Assembly (NCBI RefSeq): GCF_003918875.1
Contig: NW_025765052.1
Span: forward strand, 124,001 to 188,000
Source of the DNA: Haliotis rubra
Lineage: Eukaryota
Direction: 5' to 3'
Length of the DNA stretch: 64,000 nucleotides
Shown here: piece after piece, positions 33,796-45,647 of the stretch
Numbering within the stretch: the stretch's first letter is position 1
How the letters are laid out: every line of letters begins with the position of its first letter
The notes under the pieces: generated by a model
What the model was told of the DNA's origin: nothing
What the model saw: the letters and a program-made list of their open reading frames with translations, nothing else
The model's database searches: none
Translations under genes and position numbers: made by a program

Positions 33796-36700
33796 TCAAA
33801 CAACAAACTGTCCGAAGGTTGCCATAATCATCAAGGTCAAGACAGGAAGAGTAACCTGTCCCTGACCTGAGTGAAAAGGGAAAATGTCATCCAAGCCCCC
33901 AATGCTCTCGATACGATATTGTAGATACAAGCCCTGAAAAGGAAAGAACATGTTAGAGTACTTGAGAACCATAATCCCGCAGATAGAGCAAATACAATAA
34001 AAATGAAGTTGGATAAAGGACGCTACAATCATCAACCCCATGTTCAAGAAACATCGAGGTGAGGTGAGGTGAAATTGGGTTTAACGTCGTGCTTGAGAAT
34101 ATTTCACTCATATGACGACGTGCATGCGTGTGTATGTGTATGTGCGGCTGCTTGTAGTAGCCCAGACATAAACTGATTTTATAGTGCTAGCTCACTGAGA
34201 TACCATGCCGCAGTGAAGCATGAATACCCCACTCAGACACAGTATACTGACTCCAATCCGACCAGTCCTTGTTGTACCCAATAATGCCGAGCGCCAGGCA
34301 GGGACCACCAAGTACCATATTTTAACGTCTTTTGGTATGACGCTGTCGGGACATTTGAGATAGACACTCTTTTCAGAAGCCCAGCCTGGCTGGAGATTAA
34401 TTGTAAACAATATGCTGGGATTCCTATAATGATCGACCCCATATTTCACTGACATTAGTCGACAAGGTTTACACCATCTCAACTAGGACTGCGCAATATA
34501 ACCGGTTTACCGATATTTACCGGTTCAGGCGTGAAAACGATACGTATTGCGATACGCTGATCGAAAACCGGTATTTTGACAATCATCATGCATTCGGAAA
34601 ACTTCGTAACACTCGGAAATCTTCGGATATTTCCGTTTTTTAAATTGTTCCTTTCCTTGTTTCATTTGTGCCAAACATTATTTACATTTTTATTTTGTCA
34701 TGATTAAACGTTTTTATTAACGCCTTATCAAGCATAGTGACTTTGTTGTGTTTTTGCTTTGTAAATCAAGCATTAAACTCGATTATAAGTAACTTCTTTG
34801 AGAGGCAATTTAGAAGTTGGATAGATGAAGGAAAACCAAGTTCTATGGATAGTCAACTTCTTTATTGCAATGGGGGCGACGTTTCGGTGTAGGTACTAAC
34901 ACCGTTATCAAGCAAGTGACTTATTTGACTTGCTTGATAACGGTGTTAGTACCTACACCGAAACGTCGCACCCATTGCAATAAAGAAGTTGTCTATCCAT
35001 AGAACTTGGTTTTCCTTCGATTATAAGTATGTTTTTGCGAAAATAATTCCTGCAATATATTGCAATACATATCGCAATATATGCTTTCACATCGCAATAT
35101 ATCGCAATATGAAAATTCTCTGCAATACCCAACCCTAATCTCAACACAAAGTAAACTATAAATATATACCCAAAGGCGAGCGGAGTTACGATGTTGATGT
35201 CACACACAACACATGGATTAGACACAAAAACATATCTTTAAATTTGGGATTAGATACAGAAATGGTTATGTGTTTTTACAATAATCGACGCGTATTCGTG
35301 AATATGTTCTTCATCAGGTGGATAAGAGAGTATGTATATACTGTATTCCTCATAATATAGAAGCTGAAACCCGTAAAACTTTGTGTGAACAAAATTCATG
35401 CTACCCAACTTACAGTGAAGCCATTCTGATCCCCGCACCGGTTCGCTGTCACGAACCACCCAGAGCTGCTGTCGATGTCGATGTTGAACCTCCCGACACA
35501 GAAGACGTAGTCTCCCTTGAAGGCGTCGTAACGGTTGTAACATCCTGAGCTGGGTTTCGTGGTGTCCAGACTGAGAACCTGCCCGGAATAGGAGGGATAC
35601 TGCAGCAGGGCGATCTTCTGTTGACAGGACTGGAACATGGAAGTTTGACAGGCTTACAAAGACATCTGTCCTTGGACAGGTTAGAATATAACCATACTGA
35701 GCTGGGTGTCCAACAATGTGTGATTGGTTCTCCTTCATCTCCGTGTAGCAGGGCGTGGAGTCATCCCACAGATGACATACTTACCTTGTCAGGGTTAACC
35801 TCTTTAGTCATGTGGACAAGGCGTCCGACTTCTGATCAGAAGGTCCGTGGTTCGAATCCCAGCAGGGGACTCGGAAATGTTATGGACGCTACATCCGTAA
35901 CATATATTTAGCTTCACATGAATTTCCTTTAATGGTTGAATCTGTATGCTTTGAAACGATCCACATATGAATACACAATGGCATTTAGAAAGTGGTCAAA
36001 TGTAACACAAGTTATATTTGGGATTACACTTTCTTAGTAAAGTACACATTCTATTACTTTTATGGTTGTGTCCCATCCGGGATTCGAACCCACACCCTCA
36101 GAGTCAGGCACCTAATCGCCAGCATACAAAGTCCAGAGTCTAGACTACCACTTGACGACTTCTTTTTTTGTGGAAGCCGCGGTGACTGAGCGGATTAGGC
36201 GTCTGACTTTGCGTCCTGGCGACAAGGTGCCTGACTCTGAGGGTGTTGGTTAGAATCCCGGATGGGACTCAGCCCAAAAAAGTACAAGAATCTGTACTTT
36301 ACTAAGAAAGTGTAATCCCAAATATAACATCTGTTAGATCCACATTATTCATTTTGGATAGGTAGTTTGGTAGTACATCATTTGCTATTCCGGTACAAGA
36401 TGACAACTGATCTTATGGGTGCTAAACACCAACAATGTATGGCTCCTACTTCATAGAGAAATGTACATTTGTACTGGAATATTCTGTTGCATGTGGGTCG
36501 TATATTTGTTTCTTGTCTGCTTTTCCACAACATGGTGGAATTTGAATTTTCCAGTGGTCAGCAACCGTTATAATCAAAACACTTAAAATCAACTTCGACA
36601 CTTGCAAATGAAGACTTACTGATTTAAAGTGCCACCCACCTACATGTAAGTATCATCTAATCAGATGAAAGTATCATACTCTGTTTACAAGTACTGAATG

Positions 36701-39027
36701 TCTAACATTTTCTGGACATGTATCAGAACTTATAGATAGCTTTCGACAGCTCTAGCTGTGTTTTGCATGCATTGATTCTGTTACTCCAATGTACTTAAAA
36801 CAAAACAACTGTTTATTATAATTGGCTCATCTACAACGACTTACTTTGAAGGGGTCGTTGGCCTGCGCAAACTGATCGCCACCATAGAACAGAAGTTGCA
36901 AAGGAGCGTATTGCTGCAATACAAGAACATTCGAGAAAGCCACATGGTCAGTGAATCTTTAAGAAATCCAATTACACATATATATTTGAATATATTTGCA
37001 GCTGAACCGAAACTAGGTATGCTGTTCAGCGGAGCTGTGAGGAGTCAGTCACATATAGGCTTTTCTGAAGAAATATGTATCACAAATAGTATTACGATTG
37101 GCTAAAATGTGTCTGAAAGTATGTTTTTCAGGACGGGATGCTTTATTGGAAGTTAATTTAGACTTAACTGAAATACTAGTAGATACAGATGAAGCTTATG
37201 TAAACTTGAGTTGAACACATGCGGAATTTACCTTGAACAAATGTTTCTTCAATGTAACCATCCTTGTTTGACGTATAATGGTTTGGTTTGGTTGTTGTTT
37301 TAACACCGCACTCAGCAATATTCCAGCTATATGGCGGCGGTCTGTAAATAATCGAGTCTGGACCACACAATCCAGTGATAAACTGCATGGCCATCGATCT
37401 ACGCAAATGAGATACGATAACAAGTGTCAACCAAGTCAGGGAGCCTGACCACCCGATCCCGTTAGTCGCCTTTTACGACAAGCATGGGTTGCTGAAGATC
37501 CCATTTTTAGTCGCTGGTAATTTTACGACAAGCATGGGTAGCTAAAGATCAATTTTAACCCGGATCTTCACGGGTCTATCGTATAAGCTTGGTTTACAGT
37601 TGCTAGGCAAAATCTCTTTATCCTCCCTGAAGATAAGGCTGAAACCGTCTCATGTGATATATTTGTCGATGTCTTTACATATGAACGAGCACTGCACGAG
37701 GATATCTTCGCTTCTTTATATTTTCAAATTTAGAAAGAATTTTACCAATGCATAGTTTCTTTTTGTGCTAGTATTTTTCAGTACTTCTCACCGCGAGTTT
37801 AACCTTGCATTTGGTGACCTGGTAGCGTTGACGTGAATGGATAGTGGATGAACTTATCATTTTGTAGCTATATCTCAAAGAGGTTTCGAACCCGAGTTAT
37901 TTACGTGTCCTTTCATGGGAGATTTTGTACCTGAATAACTGCACATATAGGCTGAGTGACTTACCCTTGGATATGAGATGTTGTATTTGAATGAAGCACC
38001 GTCGCCGGCGGGGAAGAGAAAGCTGTCGAGGAAGACCCAACCCTGCAGTGGACAATCATGTAACAGCAAGGCATTCATTACACCCCCTGAACCCCACTTG
38101 AAGGCCATTTTGGAGAACAGCTGATACACCAGTCATATTGCTATAGTGGCTTCATTGGACTCACTCGATTCCCCACATGGGTACAAATGTGTGAAGCTCA
38201 TTTCTGGTGTCCCCCGCCGTGATGTTGCTGGAATATTGCTAAAAGTGGCGTAAAACCAAACTCAGTCAGTCAGTCATTGAACTCACGGGATAATAAAGGC
38301 AACCTGACGAGAGAGTAAGTGAATATTGCTTAACGCCGGATCAACAATGTTGCAGCCATTCACGACGAGAGATGTCATAAAATACAAAAACTGACTTTGA
38401 CATCAAATCGGTATTTTATCAAACAGTTTGATCTCTTTTAAATATGCGACGAGGTTCACATATAGTACGTTTAGTTCATAGAGATGTTGCGCAACCTATT
38501 ACCATGACATTTACAGTTATAAGCATTGGATTTAGCCTAACGTTTTAGAATTAACTCTGATTCCGAAAAATGATTCTACAAGAACCATGATTCAGTTATC
38601 GTGTTTGGTTTTCAAATGTTTCATTATGATCAGCTTAAAACAATGTCTCAGTTTATAGACAGAATATGAGGAAAGTCTTAAACGATGTAAATTTCACTTC
38701 ACTAAAACGAGGATTCAACATTAGAGCATTTATACGATGAATACAACTGAGCATATGCACTAGGTGCTCCTCAAACTCAACCGTCTGTGAGTTAACGCTG
38801 AAATAGGAACCAGTTATATTTTTGTAATCTCTGTGAACAGCGTGTACATCCAAAGGGCAGACTTCTGCTAAAATATTATTTGTCTTTCATGTTGAAACAA
38901 ATACCAATATTTCGCCTTGGATGGCACTCACCTTTAAAGAGACAATAGATCCTTCTGCGTATTTCCCTGAAATATGCGAAACACTGGTTAGTAAACAGCA
39001 GACAGCCAGCAGCCACACACCCGCCAT
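33796..39027 (-). CDS. TMEM145/GPR180 ectodomain-only protein, paralogue A, 198 aa, signal peptide + predicted GPI signal; exons 39027-38932, 38042-37965, 36913-36845, 35629-35414, 33933-33796
   Basis: Five phase-0 GT-AG exons give MAGVWLLAVCCLLTSVSHISGKYAEGSIVSLK|GWVFLDSFLFPAGDGASFKYNISYPR|QYAPLQLLFYGGDQFAQANDPFK|SCQQKIALL...QVLSLD...SGCYNRYD...VFCVGR...GWFVTANRCGDQNGFT|GLYLQYRIESIGGLDDIFPFHSGQGQVTLPVLTLMIMATFGQFVV*. It is colinear with the recalled TMEM145 N-terminal motifs (KYVRG..DWVFL..YP..LLY..DC..K..QVINL..SGC..C..WWY..CG..GL.LEY). Confidence 0.85.
34484..35137 (-). mobile_element. hAT-like MITE in intron 4 of paralogue A, carrying a nested insertion
   Basis: Same family as 7597-7964; exact 8-bp TSD ATCTCAAC at 34476-34483 and 35138-35145. 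Confidence 0.85.
34792..35016. mobile_element. Penelope-like inverted-repeat remnant with a hammerhead-like motif in each arm
   Basis: ~91-bp near-perfect inverted arms (34827-34917 and 34928-35018); 13-bp TSD TCGATTATAAGTA at 34779-34791 and 35017-35029; motif TTGATAA-c-GGTGT...ACACC-GAAAC-GTC followed by AATAAA. Confidence 0.6.
35798..35870 (+). pseudogene. tRNA-Arg-like relic or SINE head
   Basis: ...tggacaaggcgtccgacttctgatcagaaggtccgtggttcgaatccc resembles tRNA-Arg, but the stems contain mismatches. Confidence 0.45.
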
Positions 39028-39729
39028 CTTTATTTCCCAATGCCAAGGTCACGACGGTGTCTCTCCAATTTCATATCGGCTCGGCTCATGTCTCCACCCT
39101 TGCAATTACTGCCGTGCTGTTACAGGCTTGTTGTGACGATTATCTCGGTCAGGTGACTGAGCATCGAATCATACTTTTTGAAATTCTCTTTCACAATTTG
39201 CCCAATTATTTTACGTTGTGTGGTTTTGGTGACGCGCTGTTATATGTACAGAACACGACTACTTCTTGACGGTTCGAGGAAAAACTCTCAGAGGGGTCCA
39301 ACCTCCGACACATATTAGGGTGCAGTGTGTACAAGTGTGTGTACCTGTGTACCAGTCCCGTCTGAGGATAGGTCCATCGTTTTGTGATGCAGATACTGCT
39401 ATTAGGATAATTAATGTATGATACCACCAGGTCTTGTAACTATGGTCAGACAGCAAAGGATGTACACTGCCTAGATCCTATACATGGCAGCATCCTGTTA
39501 ATATTTCATATTTTGATATGAGTTTTGACAAATGTCCATACGCGATCATTATACCTCATTTAGTTTGACTGTATGTGTGCAAAACCGAATAAGCATTTTC
39601 CTCGTCAAGTCTCAGTGACGTGTATATCACAGATTCTAGACCAGACAGAGCAATGATTTAAAGTATAAATGGTTTATGTTAGGAAAGGTATTTTAACCTT
39701 AGCGCCGAGTAACAGAGCGTGTTTTAGCT

Positions 39730-40120
39730 CACACTTGAGCAGGACAGTGGCCCAGATCGTTGTTTAACCCACATATAAGTAGCACAGAACAGTGGACCAG
39801 ATGTTTGTTTAACCCACATTTAAGCAGCAAAATGGACCAGAGCGTTGTTTAACCCACATTTAGGCAGCAAAATGGACCAGAGCGTTGTTTAACCCACATT
39901 TAAACAGCAAAATGGACCAGAGCGTTGTTTAACCCACATTTAGGCAGCAAAATGGACCAGAGCACATTTAAACAGCAAAATGGACCAGAGCGTTGTTTAA
40001 CCCACATTTAAGCAGCAAAATGGACCAGAGCGTTGTTTAACCCACATTTAAGCAGCAAAATGGACCAGAGCGTTGTTTAACCCACATTTAAGCAGCCAAA
40101 TAGACCAGCGTGTTGTTTAA
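39730..40120. repeat. 40-bp minisatellite ~700 bp upstream of paralogue A
   Basis: Unit tggaccagagcgttgtttaacccacatttaagcagcaaaa, about 9 copies. Confidence 0.95.
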
Positions 40121-42045
40121 CTGTTGTCATACTCGTGGTGTTTAAATTGCTGCCAACGTCATGTCCATCGCTGTAGCAGCTAAAACCAAGTCCCACCATC
40201 GCAAAATGGGTGCTCAGTACATGTATTTGGTTATATTCATATGCAAACATGAAACACAAGTGTTTAGGGTTAATTAGGACACGTGTTAAAACTGTTATGT
40301 TAGCATATTCAGTTGATATGCCAGAGGTTCAAGCTAAAGAAGAGCTGCGATATGTGTGTTCCCGTACGAACCTTTGTCAAACCTGGTCTGGTGCGTCAGT
40401 ATGTCAAATACGGTTCGTCGAGCATTCCCGTTAGTTAGATGTGGCACCTTCCTTCTGACACAAGGTGCTGATTGTTATAACGAGCCTACATACACTATGT
40501 TCCCACAATATTAAAACTAAAAGTCTGTGTCGAAAATAAGCGTTATAAAATAATTTAGGATAAATCACAAGCAACATATTTCGAAAATCGAAAACAATGA
40601 TGATTAGGAGAATCTACAAGGTTTTGTAAAACTGTTTGTTTTCTACATAAATACATCCCCAAAAAATAATTCAAAAGCAAAATCACAATGCTTTAATGAA
40701 ATGTGTAGTGGTAAAGATAGTCTAGCGTGTGACTGGGTTAAACGCAAAAAAACGTCACAGCTCAAGTCTTTTCAAAACAATATTTGAAACGATAATTTAT
40801 GGCTAGAATATATTATCAGTTTTGAAAGTTAACAATGATGTATTTAACTGAAAGACTTTAAATCGAGATTAGCCATGACAGACAACACTGCATGTATCTT
40901 ATAGTCAGTATCCTCGTAAAGAAATCAAATTTCAAGAAACAGCACCAACACATGCATGTTCACATATCCAGGCTTTTTAACAGATTATAAAGGTTTATAA
41001 TTCCCTGGAAATACGAAGATGGGTTGAACTGGTCGTAGGTACTTTTAATGTGATGAGGGCTCATAATCAGATGAACCAGCTCTAACAATGTGAGTACTAA
41101 TTAAATACACGCTATGTATGTCATGTCGGCTTCAGGTCAACTCTCGGAATAAATTATGTGTTTTATGTCATCACTGGTTGCCGTATGCCTACTCAAAACC
41201 AACATGCATACACGTGACTGTGGACTTGTACAGACTATGTGTCTGTAAAACATGCTCTGCGTTAGAGTAATGTAAGCAAAATTAATGTTCAGTGTGGTAT
41301 TTCTATATGATTCGTACTGCGTAGTTCAAATTGTCAGTTTTGCAGACATTGAAAAAGGTATTTTCTTAAAATTCCTGAGCTTCCCTCCTTCCTGTAACGG
41401 GCGAGTTTGGTTACGGTCGCACCCGTGACTAGGAGTAGAGTACAGATTAAGGTATTATGACACCTGTACTGGTATATATGATAGCGCAATAGACTGTGAC
41501 CAGTCTCTCTTCATAGACAGTAGCGGACAGAAGGTAATGTGTCCATCAGTAGAACAATATGATACACAAGAAGATAATATATAAACATACTCAACGGGTA
41601 TCAAAGTGCAGTCTGGTTCCATTCTCGGTCCATTGAGAGATTGCAATCAGAGATGCTCAGTTGCTATTTTCACATTTATTGTACATCTTATCCTGCCGTG
41701 CATCTAGTCACAAGATAATGCGTAACTGGTACTCTTAGCGGGGCACTAAGATGACGTTATTGGCAAGGTAAGATGCTATGACTGTTTTCACAACATATCT
41801 AGACTACGAAAACGTATAGTCACTGAGAGAATGTATATACAGTAAAAGTAAACAGCATCAACAGTTTTTGGATACAATATTATGGAGCCTCTTAATATGT
41901 GTAGAATATTACAAAATCTGAATACAAATTTATAACATTTGTGTACAATATTATAAAATATGTGTGTATAATGTTATGAAATCTGTGTAAAATGTTTTGA
42001 AATATGTGTAAAATATGTATGTCTGTGTCAAAGGTTGGTAATATA

Positions 42046-43221
42046 TACTCTTCAAAAAAGAAACTTTACATGCCGTTTTGGAGTTTACTTACTGAGTGCA
42101 TATAATTGATTCAAACATGACATCATTGCTCAGTTACAGTAAAATCATCACTTTACAAATTTCCAAAATGTGATTATCGAGAAATTATCTTGTAAAACCA
42201 CAGAGGGCTATTAAAGCCAAGTGGTCAGAGTGAAATGTCAGTATCTGGTGTGACCACCATGAGCATCGATAACAGATTGGCAGCGGTGACCCATAGACGA
42301 AAGGAGATGCCGAATGCTGTCTTGAAGAATGTTTTGATGCACTTGCTGAAGTGCTGTGTGCAGTTCTTGTAGTGTCTGAGGTGGCGGATTACGCTGCACA
42401 CAGTTGGTATCCCATAGATGTTCAGTGGGGGGACAAATCGGTTGATCGAGAAGGCCAAGGTAGCACCTGAACATTGTTTTGATGGAGGAAGACCTGTCAA
42501 ACACGTGCAACGTGAAGTCGAGCATGGTCATGCTCCAAAGATCACGTTGATGTAGGGAACGACGTGACGTTGAACTGGTCTTCTGGCAAAAAGTCTGACT
42601 TTCCATAGCCAATTGCGCACTGTCTGGTCGGAGATTCGGAGCAGTCCAGGGATTTGGGTTGTTGTGGATGATGTGGCCGTGGTGTTTAAACGAAAATGTC
42701 TCAACCGGATGTAGCAATCCTGGGTCTGTAGCATGTAATGTAGCATGGGTCTGTCATTAACACTCCCAGTATTTTTGTATCGGGTCCATAGGTTTGAGAT
42801 GGTCCGTCTGGGCACGCTGAAGTGCCTTGCGACATCTTGCTGCGACGTCCGTCCTTGTAAACGGCCGATGGCGTTGTATCGTTGAGCTTCTATCAGTTTT
42901 TTCATTCTCTTGTCGTCTATAGTGGCTTAAAGCAATGCATGTGTAGTACCATTGATGTGGGTTTTTAAAGCCTACAGTCATAGGCTTCAGCTCAGGGTGA
43001 TATACAATTTCATGATGCTCGTGCTTCATGTAAGGTGCGTTTTAGCGATTCGTTACAGACGTGACTGTAACATTACGTTTTTGTTAAACGTTTCTTTTTG
43101 CAAACGTTTTGTTGTCGGCAACCCTTCCCCGACATGCTGGGATTCAGCACGGATTGGTTTGTGTCAAATATTTTCCTAAATTCATATTTTCCCTATGTCA
43201 AGTTTCTTTTTTTGAAGAGCA
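42046..43221 (-). mobile_element. Near full-length defective Tc1/mariner element
   Basis: TIRs tactcttcaaaaaagaaact / agtttctttttttgaagagca flanked by TA; frameshifted transposase from MKKLIEAQRYNAIGRLQGRTSQQDVARHF to IRHLLSSMGHRCQSVIDAHGGHTRY*. Confidence 0.9.
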
Positions 43222-44984
43222 TATATAACATATGTGTAAAATATGGATTTAGCATGTTTAAAATGCGTTTAAAATGTGTATAAAATATATGACATAAACA
43301 TGAATAAAAAATAAAATAATTGACCGTTCCTAGTGTGTAATAATTATGAATGCTTGAGCCAAACACCTTGTCCGTCATATATATTTGTAATGATTATGAA
43401 AAATTATTAAGAAGTGTTGGTGTTATAATTCTATTCTTATTTATTTAATTTCAAATATTATGCCTAAAATCTAAGATATACCTTCAGGTATTTATAATAC
43501 CCGAGAGCGTCAGGTATTATGCTATACCTAACAGAAGCAGGAGGAACATATAGCTCCTGAAATGGTCGGGTATTATACACAATAATTGATAAAATGTTTT
43601 AACTGTTACATATATGGAACGCTTCCGACCAGTGAACATCCGGGTTAGAATTGGGCTTCAGCAACCCATGCTTGTCGTAAAAGGCGACTAATGGGATTCG
43701 AAATTCGCCATCGCTGACTTGGTTGACACATGTCATCGTATCCCAATTGCGTAGATCGATGCTTTTGATTTTGATCAATGCATTGTCTGGTCCAGACTCG
43801 ATTATTTACAGATCGCTGCCATATAGCTGGACTATTGCTGAGTGCAGCGTTACACAGCAAACCAACCAACCAATGGATCGTTACCAGACGCAAGGTTTTT
43901 GTGCCAGTAGAGCCCTGACTGACGAGTTTCATGATCAGTCGTACATGTTCAGATTAAAATATATGTATTTACACAGCATACACGCCTGGGATTAACTTGC
44001 GATAAATGTGCTATGATTTTAACAGTGTTATATATATTAGTGCTTGGTGTGACATTGTTTATTTTCATTTCTCGCCTTTGGAATACAAATCGGCAATGAT
44101 GTAGTTTAACATTGCTGTATGTTCGTACTCCTGGATCAGTGTGCATCTGAAGTCGGGACCACAGGCAGCTGCAGGAGAAGTAAGTGTACTGTGAGTATAG
44201 AATTTACTCTGCACCAAAACGTTGGTTATACTACATTAAAATCTGTTTATGAACTTCGCATTGGGAGATGGGTTTGTTGGTATGTCGTTGGATCTTCACG
44301 CCGACGGGGACGGTTGACATATTGTGAAACCGGCTTAAATATTGCCCAATGTTGCCTGAAAAGTGGGTGTGGGTGTGGGTGTTTTGAACCTCACTCGTTA
44401 AACTTCAAGCGCGCAGCTTCTAGTCAGTATCCAACAGACTGTCTATGTGGGATGGTATGTCTGAATATCTTTGTTTAAACTTATTACAGTCCATTTTAAT
44501 TTTCCTTTGAACTTTTCAGATTTTGAGGTTTTATTTTATTTTCCGGGGAAGCTGTCAAATTACTTCTATTGTTGAGTTAGTATCCATATTCACGGTTTCG
44601 ATGATGACCGAACGAATTAAAATGCATTGAAATGTGTAAGGAGTTTGATTTGAACGTTCAGAATGTGTCAGGTGTCTGTAGAGTTTAAGATATGCTCATA
44701 GACTAATAAGGGAACACATGGAGGTACACGTGTTCCTTTATTTGTTTCGAGAATTTCACTCACAGTGCAATACATACCTTGTAAAGAAACCTGGAAAAGA
44801 ATAAAGGAACACTTGTATTTGTATTTATATTTATGTTGGATGGTAATGTTCAGGGTGTATCAAGAGTGATGAAAATGTTGATTATATGTATACGATATAT
44901 GCAGGGGTATGTAGAGCTTAAGACTTTATGATGGATGAAGACGTTCAGCAGATGTCGTTTTAAACAGTGCTTGAGATTTTAAAC

Positions 44985-45530
44985 TCTGATTTTATGTTCA
45001 GGATGTGTCAGGTGTAAGAATTGATTGACATTTAAATCTCTGATGATTATGCTCAGGATGTGTCATGTTTAAGAATTGCTTGATATGATTGATGATTACG
45101 TTCAGGATGTGTCATGTTTAAGAATTGCTTGACATGTCAATCTCTGATGATTATGTTCAGGATGTGTCGGGTTTAAGGATTGCTAGACATTTCAATCTCT
45201 GATGATTATGTTCAGGATGTGTCAGGTTTAAGAATTGCTTGACATTTAAATCTCTGATGATTATGTTCAGGATGTGTCAGGTTTAAGGATTGCTTGACAT
45301 GTAAATCTCTGATGATTATGTTCAGGATGTGTCAGGTTTAAGAATTGCTTGACATTTCAATCTCTGATGATTATGTTCAGGATGTGTCAGGTTTAAGGAT
45401 TGCTAGACATTTCAATCTCTGATGATTATGTTCAGGATGTGTCAGGTTTAAGAATTGCTTGACATTTTAATCTCTGATGATTATTATTATGTTCAGGATG
45501 TTTCGGATTTACGGATTGCTTGACATTTTC
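44985..45530. repeat. 55-bp minisatellite just upstream of the membrane-protein CDS
   Basis: Unit gatgattatgttcaggatgtgtcaggtttaagaattgcttgacatttcaatctct, about 10 copies. Confidence 0.95.
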
Positions 45531-45647
45531 ATTCACATCACCAGACAGTCATATGTTTTCGTTATTGTTTCAGCAGTCTTTTACGGATAATCGCTGAAGC
45601 GGCAATACACTCATGCCATCTGTTGCTCTTGAGACCCTGAATCCAAA

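Noticed and set aside
35798-35870. Functional tRNA genes at this and other GGTTCGA sites
   Set aside because: Stems are mismatched and the sequences are SINE heads or relics.
37176-37430. Recurrent ORFs of the type MTHVIVSQLRRSML...GPDSIIYRPPPYSWNIAECGVK as a small gene family
   Set aside because: They are translations of SINE family A, with variable frameshifts between copies.
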